From Kondoa subrosea (Eukaryota): DNA of 64,000 nucleotides. The notes beneath the pieces were generated by a model, which worked only from the letters and a program-made list of their open reading frames with translations, did no database searches and was not told the DNA's origin. Position 1 is the stretch's first letter. Every line of letters starts with the position of its first letter. Shown here piece after piece: positions 1 to 11,970 of this stretch. A program made the translations under genes and the position numbers. Location: NCBI GenBank assembly GCA_039545335.1, contig BCIN01000005.1:958641-1022640 (forward strand). The letters run 5' to 3'.

Positions 1-441
1 CTTGTAGAATACGTGCTTCTCCACCATTATACCTTTTTGCTCAGTTTACGCTTTCCTTTTGCTGCCATGCCTCACCAGGTTTCGAGAGGCCAGACGTTCT
101 AAAGATTGGAAAAAAAGTGTAGATTTTTTTTCCCGCACATTCTTTGCCCAGTATGGCCTTTCCAACCACAGAATACGACAGAGCATCATCTAATACACCT
201 CTCAACCAATTTCCAGCCTTATCGCATCACTAGATCTCTTACAGATCACTTTCATGCAAATCTCTGTGCCGAGAAATTTGACAGATTACGTAATCCGGGA
301 AGTCAAGCCGCTCATTGTTCGAAACCATCTACATCTGCTTCAGCAAATGAGCTTGCATGAAATAAGCTGTCGGTTCAAGAAGCGATGTGGTGTATGACAA
401 TTGCAATAACGAAATACAAGTAATCCCTGGCTCGCTTTCTT

Positions 442-1363
442 TCATTCATCGGCAGCAGCTCTTCGAGCCTAGACAAAGGCTCGGCAAACGCCGCACACCC
501 GAGGAGAGAGAGAAACTGAACTCACCGACGCTTTCTTGATCAATTGAATTGCTCTCTGATTTTCCAACTTTTGGTCCATTCGCACAATTCTTCGAGCTAC
601 ACCACGCCCCGTACAAAGGCGATCAAGCTGTGCATCTGCCATGTTCTTAGCACCTCGGATTGCCGAACCATCTGGAGCTCGCAAATGCTGGTCAAAATTT
701 GCTCTGATCAGTTTAGTCAGCAACGCAAGGGAGATAGATCTGCAAGCCTTACAGAATTCTGTCCTTCCCTTTCAGCTTTGAAACATCGAAGACTGCCTCT
801 GCGTCCCTTCCCACCAAGCGTCTTCTCAGCCTCTTACTCTCAGTATTGTGGCTTCTTGATGCTACTAGTTTGAAAATAGCTTTACAAGCGTATGAGAGGT
901 GACCTTGAGATCCGACGAAATTGATGGCGAGAAGGAGGCAGTTGATTGTAAACCAGTGTCTCTAGTTTTGTAGGAAATCAAAAAGATGGAACATTTCAAG
1001 CAATCGCACGCCTGCCGGGATAAAGAACAAAGTCAAGCGACTCGAAGTGCAGGAAAGTAGATTGATGACACCGTGAAGAAGGGGCATGGATTAAGTTGGT
1101 CTAGCGATTCGCTAAAGTGCGATGCATGAAACCGCAGCGCAGTTAAGTAAAAGCAAGAGAAGCCTATGATAAATTGCATTCGCGAACCTTGGACATTTCT
1201 GGCTATTTAGAGACCGGAAGAGCTTCGAAATAGACAGAGCTTTGGCAATCTCTCGAAAAAGCGAAAGACAGATAGGAAACAGGGAAGATACGTCAAACAG
1301 CGCCCAGCCGTTGGAGTAATAAGCTGGCAGAAGATTCACCAGTACTGAATCCTTCATAGACAT
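442..1363 (-). CDS. Hypothetical spliced protein with hydrophobic segments (5' part unresolved, may be degenerate)
   Basis: Exons joined by GT-AG introns give MPLLHGVINL...FFIPAG|RHWFTINCLLLAINFVG...KDRIL|ANFDQHLRAP...KKAS|ARRAAADE*. The upstream MSMKDSV ORF is in the same frame but separated by two stops. Confidence 0.35.
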
Positions 1364-1402
1364 GCCGACGCGACATCAACCACCTTGCACTAGCCTCCCG
1401 CA

Positions 1403-3382
1403 TTAGAACAACCTGTTACGGAATTCTACCGATTTCAACTGAATCCAATCTTCCTTCTCGACTGGGTTTACCCAAACCAGCCCAGAACTCAGGTGCGAAA
1501 ACTCAAACAGCTTCTCTTCTTCCCTCATCACTTCTATAATCACTCGCCTAAACAAACAATGGTAGATTAAGAACCGCGCTATCTCCTCTTGCAACAAAGG
1601 CTCCACACAACGAAAGAAGAGTCTAAGATTTCCAACCCAATCCGCGGGGAAAGAGAAATCGACCAATTTCGGAAATGACAACGAATGACCAGCTTGCTGA
1701 TCTGATTGACATCAATAGCAGAGAAATAGCTATTCAATTGATTGCAGGAGAAGATACCAGGAAGATGAATGGTGAGCGTGACCAATTTGGAAATGCAAGG
1801 ACTTTCAAACAAAGCTTGAAAGAAGGTCTTCAAATAATCTGTTGATGCGTCGGATGACCCCTTTTCCACTTGTAGATGCAATAACTTTGGAAATACGTTG
1901 AAAAACTTTAGCCAGCTGAAAGCATCAAACTCTTCCTTAATAACCCCAATCTTTAATCCTACAACCTGCGGCAAGCGTGTCTTCTCGAGCTTGTCCAAGA
2001 AATCCAAAGGAGAGAATGCATGTCTTCCGCTAGAGTTAATCTCTAAGCTGGAGAGAGAATCGCCGAGCAGAGATCTAATACCATGCAGATATCTTCCCGC
2101 GGACTGTGAAGATGGACAAGAAGCATGGATCACCAGAGTCTTGACACGAGCCAATGGATGCAATTTTGGTAGCTGCCAAGATGGATCCGAGGCATTGCCA
2201 TTGCCAGCCGTCCCTGATTTGTGAAGGACCAGGTGAGCCAAGTTTGGAATGGTTGAGATGAATTGCGCTATTTCCTTAGGGAAAGAAGCAAGAGGGACAG
2301 TAATTTCTAGGGACGTCAAAGTATCGCAACAGGGCAATGAGCGATAAGTATCGGCAAAATAGAATGGTGCTGCTTGATTTGTTGTAACTGGATGATTGAT
2401 AATAAGGGATTGGAGTTTGGTGCACAAACGTAAAACAGATCGAGAATCGCTGGCAGTTGCCTCAAAGCCATTGTACGATGCTCCTCTCGCTTCGCCTCCA
2501 GCTTCCGAATCGTTTCGTGAGATCCAGTCAATAGACCAGATGAGCTCAGCCAGATCGCTTCTACTTCTTAAAGTACGAAACAGATCGGCGTTTTGCTTGA
2601 GCGATGAAGTACAAAGCTGAATTTCGCCATAAATAATCGGCTTGGTGATTTGATGAAAGCGTTTGCAGGTTAATGCTAGGTAAGGTAAAGTTCGGCCGGC
2701 TTTACTACGGGTACCTCTGCGGTTTAGTGCTTCACTTCCGGCGTAGAAATGCTCAAAGATTTGTTGCAGAATCTCTAAAGGGAAGCGATCCACACCGGTA
2801 ACAACGGCGAGTTTTGGACGCTCGATAAGAGGTGGTAGATCCGGAATCATCGCCTCGACGCTGTCGTACAGAGCTTGTACTTTCGTTTCCTACAAACATA
2901 GTCAGAAAGCATAAACTACTTACGTACACTCAGAAAACCGCACGAAGTCAGTGCAGTCTAAACCTAGAACGGAATGAAGGAAGTGTCGCTCTTCAGGAGA
3001 TAGGTCGCAACCTTGAATAACATTGGCCTTTCCTTCAAAGCCTGCACCAAGCGATCAAGCTCAAAGCATCACTAGTACAGCTGCTTAGGGACTCACCAAA
3101 TGAGGACAACATGTGTGAAGGGCGCTCTTCTTCAAAGGCCTCTGCTAAATCCAATGCATTGCTTTCCACAAAGGCGTCGAGGAACCCTGGCTGGCTATTT
3201 TCGAGCTTTGGCTCAGGAAAGCACCAATCTAGTTCTTCCAGTGGTGCCTCAGATGCAGGAGAAGAGCAGGCAGGCTCTGGAACGACGAGACCAGGCGAAC
3301 TTGTTGTTTCGCTCAAGTACTGAGACTGCTCGAACGCGACAGCTTCTGCAACGTCGATAGCATAGAATTCGTCGTCGCACAT
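1403..3382 (-). CDS. F-box-like/LRR-like protein with acidic N-terminus; C-terminus out of frame at ~1680 (frameshift or cryptic intron)
   Basis: F-box-like DRFPLEILQQIFEHF...LALTCKRFHQITKPIIYGEIQL. The MCDDEF exon joins via a GTGAGT intron and a GTGCGG..TAG intron (2890-2943). ORF 1403-1681 aligns with the C-terminus of the neighbouring paralog. Confidence 0.65.
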
Positions 3383-3718
3383 GACTGAGCGAATGTGACA
3401 CAAATCGTGAGGTATCGTGAATAGCGGTCAACCCTGTGTTTGCGTTATTTCGTGCGAGATGTCGCAAAAAATGGGGCGAAGAGGGCAGTGGAAAGCCTCA
3501 ATTGCAAATGCTCCTGCAGTGAAGCACCGCAGTTACACCTCGCAATGGCGCGGCACTTCTCAAAGAGTCTACATACCAATCCCCATGTCCCATCGATCAA
3601 CCTGCCAAGTCTGACATTGCATGACAGCATCACAGCATGATAAAGCTGCGCAAAGATCAGTAAAGAGTGCATTGCTGTGCCAAGTGAGACTTCGACTCAC
3701 TTTTAATCATTTTGCCTT

Positions 3719-5218
3719 TCAGAAGCAACCGTCCTCGTATTCTTGCTCTTCTTCTTCGTAGTACTCGTCTCGAGAGCCAGGAAATACCCATCTAAGCTCC
3801 CGAGCATCGTCGTTCGCAGTGTACAGCAAATCGTCACCTCGGTAAACATGCAGTTCCACCTTTACGCTCGACTCCTCTTCCAGATCATCGCAAAAATGAT
3901 CAAACTCTTCGCTCAAGATGTAATGACCCATATTGATGAAAGCTTGCAAACGACTGAATAATTCAGCAGGCGCGGCAAAGTCATATTGACGGACGAATTT
4001 GGTTCGGAAAGTAACTTTCTGCAAAGATGGGAAAGAACCGCTTGAATGTGGGAGGAAATTTCCAAGTGAAGATCGGAAGTGAGTGGGAACGCTGAGACAT
4101 ATACTGACCAGATTCATTGCACAAGAAGCTTCGACCAGGGCTTCGAGAAAGGTTTCAATAGGTCGAAGGAGTGGCGCAGATGTTGATGTTGCAAAATAGA
4201 GATGCTGGAGATTGGGAAAGAAGTTGAGAAATTTTACCCAATGAAAAGCATTGATCTCGGTCTTGACATTACCAATCTTGAGAACTCGAAGAGCTGGAAA
4301 TCGAATGCGTCGAGAACCAAAATCTGCCATGAAATCGGATACCTTGAAATCGGATGAGCCCGTGAAGTGGAATTGAAGCTTAGCAAGTGTTTGCGCCGAA
4401 GGGTCTAAAATGGTGTGGATTTGAGACATTTCAGCGTTGAGTACATCAGTAAGTAGTGTGAAGCTGATTAGACTTGCTTGTGAGTGTAGCGCCTTGAAAT
4501 AGGTATTAGGTGATTTGATCCTCATCGTTAGGTGTGCAAGGTTGGGGAGAATGGACGATAGCTGAGACATTGCAAAATCGGTGTGCAAGCACATTGGGAC
4601 GTCGAGAACACTGAGCTGGCGAGTAGGGAGTTCTCGAAGTACATCAGTCGTCCAAGGGCCCTTGACATTGCAGGTACCGACGATACGCAGCGATACCAAA
4701 TTGCTCGCAAGTTTTACCAATCTTCTGCTATCGCTCGCGATAGCAGCTAACCCATCCTGCGATTCTGCAACGTGCTCTGCACAAGACCATACGATGTTGT
4801 GTATCAGATTGGGCAGCGATCGTTTGCTGGTGAAGGCAAAGCTCAGTGTTTTAATCTGTTCGGGCTTATCGTGCTGGAACACGACTTTGGTGTATAGCAG
4901 ACGAGTTGCAAGAGAATGAAATTGACGCGATACGCGGCAGATAGCAGCCAAATCTGCAACAAAGTGTTGTGGCCGAAGCGCGACACGAACATAATCTTCT
5001 TGTGGACTGAAGTCGAAGGATTCGCTTCCGTAGTCTTCGACTGTGAGCTCCTTGAAGATACGACACCAGAGCTCAGGAGAGAGCCTGCTAGAAGCACCGA
5101 TGAAAGGCTTGATGTCCTAAGCGACATTTAGCAAACTCAATTAGAAAGGGGGTGAGTGATCTACTTCAGCCGGACTAGCAGAGAGTGCCTCCTGGGTTCT
5201 TCTTCCTCTATCGAGCAT
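3719..5218 (-). CDS. F-box-like/LRR-like protein (intact tandem paralog)
   Basis: MLDRGRRTQEALSASPAE|DIKPFIGASSRLSPELWCRIFKEL...LAAICRVSRQFHSLATRLLYTKVVF. One 5' intron, then a long open exon with LxxLxx repeats similar to the gene at 1403-3382. Confidence 0.75.
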
Positions 5219-5307
5219 CACGAATTGCCCAAAGTTGAGGTTCAAGAACAACTAAGCGATTTTCGGATCTTGCTTGTAGCCATGGCAAGCTTGGATGATA
5301 CCTTCAA

Positions 5308-7403
5308 ATGGCAGATCTAGACACTCTCTGGGAATATATCCTGAACCAGCCATGGCAGCTGGTCTTGTATCTATCTGGTTTCCTGGGCTTCGACGCTCTT
5401 CTGTATTTGTTGATTCGTATCGTTCGTGTCCTTCGCGCTTGTAGTGTCATGGCAACACTTAGACTGCATCTCAGATATGGCCCTCATCTTCTCATGACTA
5501 TACTGCAGTCGAAACAGAGCCAATTCTGCGCTCAAGAACCAATTCCATAGCGTCTATACCTCCTCATCTCTTACCTTCATTCATTGTGACAGAAGACAGG
5601 CTTCTGAATGAAGTCGATCAATATATAGAAGAGAATGACAACATTTATCCACCTAGCAGATCTCATTCTCCTTCACCTGTAGTCGACAAGCGATTGAAAG
5701 CAATTTACGATGAGCGACCGATGTATTCTCCTTTGGAAGGCAGCGCTATGCTTGTCGAAACGCCCCACGTAGCAGATCAAGTATCGGTGAATGTCCCAGC
5801 ATTCGACAATATCGAGCCAATAGATAGTCAAGGCGAAAGTTTCCAGGCCGGCACGAAGTCTGTCAAACAGCAAGCCGCAATCTCCGAAGAAGGAGAGCTG
5901 AATCAGACCATGATCGATCATGGATCTTTCCTTGACGAGACTGAAGAAGAAAACCTGATACAAGAAGCTTCTGCAGACCTCACATCGCTGGACAGAGATA
6001 TACCTCATACAGCCGCAGAACAGCTTTCTACAAATGCTCACTCTGCTCCTGTGTCTTCCCAAATGTCTTATGCCGATGGAATCACATCATCTGAAGTTGA
6101 AGAAACATCACCCGAGGTTCTACTCTGCTCTCCACCTCAGTCGAGTACTCCACTACAAGTAGAACATTCTCTTCCAAATCCAATAGATCTATCACCCATA
6201 CCTTCTCCTCCAGCAGATCAGACTTCAGAAATCAATTTGGCCGATTTGGTTTCCTTTGATCAGTCGCTTGATGGTGATGCGGAAAGATCAAAAGAGGAAA
6301 CATCAGAAGAAGATATTAGTACAAAAATGGAAGAAGAGGAAGAGTCTCACTATGAAACAGCAGAATTCTTGCAAGAACAGCTAATGAACGAAGAAGACAG
6401 CGAAAGTCTATTGACGAGACATGAGCCAAATGCTGAAGATGCAGACATTGATCAGAGTCATGTAGCAAGAGAAGCGCAGGAGCAGGTCGAAAGGACAGAT
6501 TCTGTAGGGATTGCTGAAAAGGCAGAGAGTCAAGATGATAGCGAAACTTCAACAGAAGAAGAATCGCTTCTTCCTGTCAGTCTTCAAGATGATCGAGGAT
6601 TCACAGAAGGTTTCGTCGAGCAATCAAAGCTATCTGAGGTCCCTCCAAGCGAAATTGCGAGATCAAATTCCTCAGCAGAAATCTTAGCATTGGCAGCTAT
6701 TAACCAGCAAATAGAACAAGAAGCACATCGTGTACCTCCTGAACAATTGCCTTTGTTGCATCTGTCTGAACTTTCAAGCGATGAACCGTCATATTTCGAT
6801 CGTATTCCGGTCAAGCATCTCAGCGAAGTCACTCGACAGCCTTCTGCAGCGCTAGTGATAGTAAACGATCTACCACAAGATACCGCGAATCCACTTGAAG
6901 CGCAAGCAGAACCAGCAGAAGCTGATATCGACGCCGATATCACAATTTCTCAGACCGATGTTTTCAATTCACGACCTTCTTCTCCTTCGCCTGTATCCAA
7001 ATTCTTCCCCTCTCCGAATGAAGCGCTTCTTTCGCCTCTTCCAAGCGATTCGACTCCCGCAAAGATGACCATTTCAGCTCTGAAAGCTCACGACCTTATA
7101 TCCAGATCAAAACTTTCTCGCTCAATCTCTTTGAACACGTTCGATCTTCCTGCTTCACCTCGAAAAACGTTCAGTACTATTTCTTACCATTCAAACGAGT
7201 CTTCTACCATCTTTTCCTCCCAATTGAAAGTAGCTGCTATTCAAAGACAAGGCTTGATGAGAAGGAGCAGTAGTAGAGTTGGATTAGGTGGCTTTGGTCT
7301 AGAAAGAGCTGGCGGTGCTTTGGGCGGGATGGAGAGAAGTGATGTTGCCCGAATGTCAGATTTCGATGAAGATGATGGGAAGGAGGAAGAAGATGTAGAC
7401 TGA
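5308..7403 (+). CDS. Hypothetical protein: N-terminal transmembrane helix plus long acidic Ser/Glu-rich disordered region
   Basis: MADLDTLWEY...LVLYLSGFLGFDALLYLLIRI, then a phase-0 intron GTTCGT..CAG (ends 5474) into the 605-aa ORF. Confidence 0.7.
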
Positions 7404-7614
7404 TCAAGTCATGGTCCCGACTGCAAGTAATTGCTCTCAAGGTTGCTCGCGTGCTGATTTTCGTGGAACAGAAGCTCGTCTGTTACTATTGGTATAATTT
7501 GTATTCGATTTGTGTATTATGCGTATTACTTCTTGCTGTTGTAACCCTTCTCTTGGTAAATGTCTATAGTACTAATGCATACCAATAACCTTGCCTTTCT
7601 TTTCTTTCCTCCGC

Positions 7615-8004
7615 TCAACCTGCGACCAATTCATACAGGATGACTATTGTGTTAATGCCAATAAGGGGTACTGTGCGCACGTACAACCTTATGAATCAGC
7701 CTAAGACTGAGAAGAGGAATCGCGACGCACTTCTCATGACCGTCCTTACACCTTTCATCCAATCTATCACTTTAGCCTTGATATTGCTACCCTCTTGAGC
7801 TTGTCCCACAGCATAACCAGGATCGTTGAAGTAGACGTTCTGATTTGGTGTGCTCGTCCATCCGACTGTCGTAGTGTCAGATTATGCAATAGGGTTTTGG
7901 AGGAAGGACAGTTCACCTCGAGCAAGGAAACGCTCTTCATTCAGAATAGCGATGGCATTCGTGAATAGTAGACCAGTGTAGAAGATCAAGCTCAAGCCGA
8001 ACAT
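7615..8004 (-). CDS. YOS1: Yos1-like ER-Golgi transport membrane protein
   Basis: Spliced MFGLSLIFYTGLLFTNAIAILNEERFLAR|VGW...KGVRTVMR|IPLIGINTIVILYELVAG*, matching the Yos1/IER3IP1 motifs NAIAILxEERFL and VRTxMRIPLI. Not in the ORF track. Confidence 0.92.
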
Positions 8005-8883
8005 GCTTGCGAGCTACTACTGAGGTGAAATGTATCTTCGCCAGGAAGTGCGACACCAGTCGTGTAGGCGAAGGCAAGCGAATCAGCGGTCTCGTTTCGA
8101 GTCTTGCAACTGTTCGACAGAGCTTTGCAGCGCGTCACGAGTCTGCCGAGTGTGTCGTGGTAGGGCACAAGCTATATTCTTGATCCAAAGGTTGGACCCG
8201 AACAGCGTTCTGCATCCATCTTTGCTGCATTGCCCAGCACAATGTATCGCCTAGTCGCCCACTATTGTATGATCGGCGGATCTCATCTTTTGGCTCTCGC
8301 ATTCCGCTCGAATCAACTTGCGATTCTTCGTTAGTTGAGAAATGCTGTCTCCATACTTGGGAGTGTTCAGAGTTGCTGCACCTTGTTGAATTACCGATCC
8401 GCTTCTTATCCTGCTATGTTTGAGCCTTCTGGCTTCTTGCATGGCGCAAGGTCTTTCCGGATCCTCTAATTTGATCTGCTTCTCTTGTCTGATTTGCTTA
8501 TGACGTTCGGCGTTGCTACCATCTGCTGTCCTCCTCATTCTCTGCCTTTTCCATCACACCAAGATGCTGCTTCCATCGACTCTTGCCCTTGCCTTTGGAT
8601 CGCTCAGCGGGTGCATAGTAAGGCATCATACGAGCCGTTCTTTCTATCGAACACTTCTGTAGGCTAGTTGGAGAACCTTGAGACTGGAATACCCCCAAGC
8701 TAATACAATATGAAAATAAATGAAGCCCGCTTTCAAGCTTGAAGCTCACGAGAGCTCAGCTGATGGTCAAATAGATGGTGGAAATAGATCACTACTACAT
8801 GATTGAAAAAGACTTATACAAGGGAAAGCCAATAAGAGCCAACAATTTCTGATTTCTAACAACAGCCAATAAATATTTTACCG

Positions 8884-9747
8884 TCAATAAATTATAGAGT
8901 GAGGGCACGCTTGGAACGCGTCCGAATAATCTTTTCCGCATTCATTGCATTTCCGTGTATTCTGGTTGTCGGGATTGTGATATACTTCGCCTAACTCTCT
9001 TGCAGCGAATCGCATCATTCGATTCGGATTCGCTTGACCAACACCGTCTTGAGGGCGTGAATGAAATATACCATCGTGGTACGAACTGATATTGTACCGC
9101 GGATGAAAGCCTTGAGGGTTTCTATTTGGGTGAAATGCTCCTCGGTGGGTAACAGGATGGTAGCCTTCCGGGTTGAATAGTTCATCATAGGCATGTGGGT
9201 TCGCGTTGAGATGAAACGCATTAGGATTGTAGATTGGATGATACTCATTAGGTTTTGCATCCGGATGATAGCCTGCTGTGTTGTGGGTTGCGTGATATGC
9301 ATACGGATTGTAGATTCGGTGATATCCGACAGGGTTCAGCTCCGGGTGATAGCCTGCTGGGTTGTTGCGTTCATGAAATCAATCAGGGTCTGGTCGTCTG
9401 AGTTTGTCAGCCAGACCGATTTGGACTTCCTGCGCAAATTGAGGGACATGACGCAAATGGTCCTCATACGGACGAGGTATGGCAACATCTGGGTAATAAT
9501 GAAGCTGATGGGGAGGATACGGATGAGGTGGCTCTACTTGCTCATAAGAAGGTTCCGAGGCTGGCTTTCCAATACGCTTGAAGCGACTTCTGAGAGGAGC
9601 CTTGGTAGGAGCGGTCGTAGTTGAATATGGCAGATGATCTTTATACGCAAGAGGGATTCCTGATGGGTCAGGAGCGATGGCACTTGCTTTTCTTTGTTGT
9701 CTGACGGCACGAGTTGGCAAGCTACGCTTACTAGGTTGGTTACCCAT
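8884..9747 (-). CDS. Myristoylation-motif protein with 9-aa His/aromatic tandem repeats and a C-terminal CxxC motif, interrupted by an in-frame TGA (9379-9381)
   Basis: MGNQPSKR... runs 122 codons to TGA, followed by 164 further open codons in the same frame (NPAGYHPEL-type repeats, then KCNECGKDYSDAFQACPHSIIY*). Confidence 0.65.
9067..9390 (-). repeat. Degenerate 27-nt (9-aa) coding tandem repeat, 12 units
   Basis: DPD*FHERN NPAGYHPEL NPVGYHRIY NPYAYHATH NTAGYHPDA KPNEYHPIY NPNAFHLNA NPHAYDELF NPEGYHPVT HRGAFHPNR NPQGFHPRY NISSYHDGI. Confidence 0.9.
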
Positions 9748-10526
9748 GGTTGAAGTACAGATATCGGAGTCTTGATTAATTTGGGAGCCAAAGAAAACCA
9801 GCGAGTAGCAAACGATGAAACGGACGATATCAGAAGAAACGATCGGATAACAAAGGAATTGCTTATTCAGATAATCCTGGATCCAATGAGCCAGACCTTC
9901 TAAGTTTGAGTTCGGGGTAGATAGCAAAGAGAGGGCACAACAAGGAAGAAGAAGACGAGAATACAGACTACGAAAACAGACAGGCCAAGATATGGAGTAG
10001 TACTAGATATTCTCTGCGTTCAAGCTATCAGATGGAGTAGGTCATCCTGCAAGAATCGGAAGCTATGCGACCTATGCCTCAGCAGCAGCCAAGCGTTGCA
10101 GCTCTCCAAGCTATTAATTGAGGAGAAGGACGGCTTTGCTCGGCGGAAATACGTCTGAGTGAAAGGAGAATGCAGCCTGGCTACGAGACAGATGCTCTGG
10201 GCCGCACAGAGCCCTTGCGTGACTGCGAGGCATTACCCAGTTCTATGAGCGAACTTCAATTGGTCCAAGTCCAAGTTGACTCCACGTTAATATTCTTCTC
10301 TTGTACCAAGGAAGCCACAAGCAAGCTCAAGCCACAGATACCACCGTGGACGCATACCATAGCCCTTGGAAGCACTACACATAGGACTGTCCAACCGCAG
10401 ACCGCTCTTCTTCGAGTTTAGCCTGGCCTAGGCTCTTGCGTCTTATCTGTTTCTTCTCTGCCTTCTACGACTCAAGACTCTCTACAATCACTCAAGTAGT
10501 CCTCAAGCTACCTTCTCTGCATCAAG

Positions 10527-11771
10527 ATGCAAGGCGATTATCAATTTCCTACTGATAGGTTGAGCGTCTGTCAAAGTAAGCCGGCCTTACCTGTCTCGCT
10601 TTGCTTTACAGAGCTCATCATATCATCACAGACTCAAGCAAAACGCCTACAGTCCTTGTCGCATGCGGTTCTTTCTCCCCAATGTAAGCCTCTCTCAACA
10701 AATTCATATACAGTGCTAATCTGCTTATTTCGCAGCACTTTTCTTCATTTGCGAATGTTTGAAATGGCAAGAGACCATGCTTCTTTCAATACTGATTTCG
10801 AAATCGTTGGAGGTTACATGTCTCCAGTTAATGATCGCTATATGAAACCTGGTCTCGCTCCAGATTATCATCGGTACAACATGTGTCAACTTGCTTGTCA
10901 TAGAACTTCAGATTGGCTCATGGTCGATCCTTGGGAAGCGAGACAGCCAGCTTATGTACCTACGGCAAAAATTCTGGATCATTTCGATCATGAAATTAAT
11001 GTTGTCAGGGGTGGAGTGGACGTAAAAGAAACGGACGAGGAGAATGAAGGAGAATTCAAACTGGTCAAGAGGAAAGCTAGGATCATTCTGTTGGCTGGAA
11101 GCGATTTGATCCAAACAATGTCTGAACCTGGTGTATGGGAAGAAAAGGATGTAAGCATTGCATCTATCTCGCTCGTATGCCTGTGTTCAGATGCTCTTTG
11201 TCTACAGCTACACCACATCCTGGGTCTTTACGGCTGTTTCATCATTGAACGTTCGGAATCCGAAATCGACCAATCCCTCTTCTCTTCCTCTTCCGTTCAC
11301 TCTCGCTCTCCTTTAGCTCTTTACCGACACAACATCTACATGGTTGGTCAATTAGTCCGAAACGACGTCTCATCAACCAAAATTCGTCTTTTCCTAAAAA
11401 AGGGTATGTCTGCCGAATACCTTTTACCTGGAATCGTAATCAAGTACATCAAGCGAAATGGTCTGTATCAAGATAAAGATGGTGCAGACGGAAGAAACGT
11501 TGCTATTTCTTCTTCTTCTTCTACAAGTACTAAACCTTCTTCCAATTCTAATTCAAGAATGGGTAGTCCCATGCCTCAAGCTGGTCCTTCTTCCTCTTCT
11601 TCTTCAAGTCCAAGCATGACGGATGGGAGACCGCCTAGTCCGAGAAGTGTGGCTAGAAGTATTGCGTTAGAATTGGATGCGGAGATGGAAGGCTCAGATT
11701 CGGGATCAAGACCTGCTTCGAGACCTGCTTCGAGGAGTGAAAGTAGATTCGAGCCGATGCAAGAGGGTTAA
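10527..11771 (+). CDS. NMA1: Nicotinamide/nicotinate mononucleotide adenylyltransferase
   Basis: Spliced LVACGSFSPI|TFLHLRMFEMARD, SPVNDRY, WLMVDPWE, LLAGSDLI, NDVSSTKIRLFL; 3 introns; Ser-rich tail. Confidence 0.95.
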   Translation: MQGDYQFPTDRLSVCQSKPALPVSLCFTELIISSQTQAKRLQSLSHAVLSPQCKPLSTNSYTVLICLFRSTFLHLRMFEMARDHASFNTDFEIVGGYMSPVNDRYMKPGLAPDYHRYNMCQLACHRTSDWLMVDPWEARQPAYVPTAKILDHFDHEINVVRGGVDVKETDEENEGEFKLVKRKARIILLAGSDLIQTMSEPGVWEEKDVSIASISLVCLCSDALCLQLHHILGLYGCFIIERSESEIDQSLFSSSSVHSRSPLALYRHNIYMVGQLVRNDVSSTKIRLFLKKGMSAEYLLPGIVIKYIKRNGLYQDKDGADGRNVAISSSSSTSTKPSSNSNSRMGSPMPQAGPSSSSSSSPSMTDGRPPSPRSVARSIALELDAEMEGSDSGSRPASRPASRSESRFEPMQEG

Positions 11772-11970
11772 TAGGTGAACGCTTCCATTCGAGGCTGGAG
11801 CTGGGGTTTTTCGCGGTCTAGAAAAGGGTGTATTTTATTCGATTTGTAACAGTATTTGAAAAGCAATGCAAACATCATGAGGTTCGTGTACGAGGAGATC
11901 TATACAATGTTCCAAGCTATATACACTGATCTAATCTACATGGTATGATATGCATAACGATGCTTCCTCT

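Noticed and set aside
2847..2850. ATGA stop/start overlap suggesting termination-reinitiation between two genes
   Set aside because: A normal 54-nt GTGCGG..TAG intron (2890-2943) joins the upstream exons in frame to the F-box ORF; the overlap needs an implausibly short 34-nt intron.
8030..8880. Short ORFs on both strands between YOS1 and the repeat gene
   Set aside because: No consistent exon chain or recognisable motif; left unannotated.
9379..9381. Selenocysteine reading of the in-frame TGA
   Set aside because: The position corresponds to Gly/Ala in the other repeats rather than Cys, I see no SECIS-like hairpin, and Sec usage is not established for Dikarya.
11709..11732. 12-bp perfect tandem duplication AGACCTGCTTCG
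   Set aside because: Ordinary slippage in the disordered NMNAT tail (RPASRPAS).
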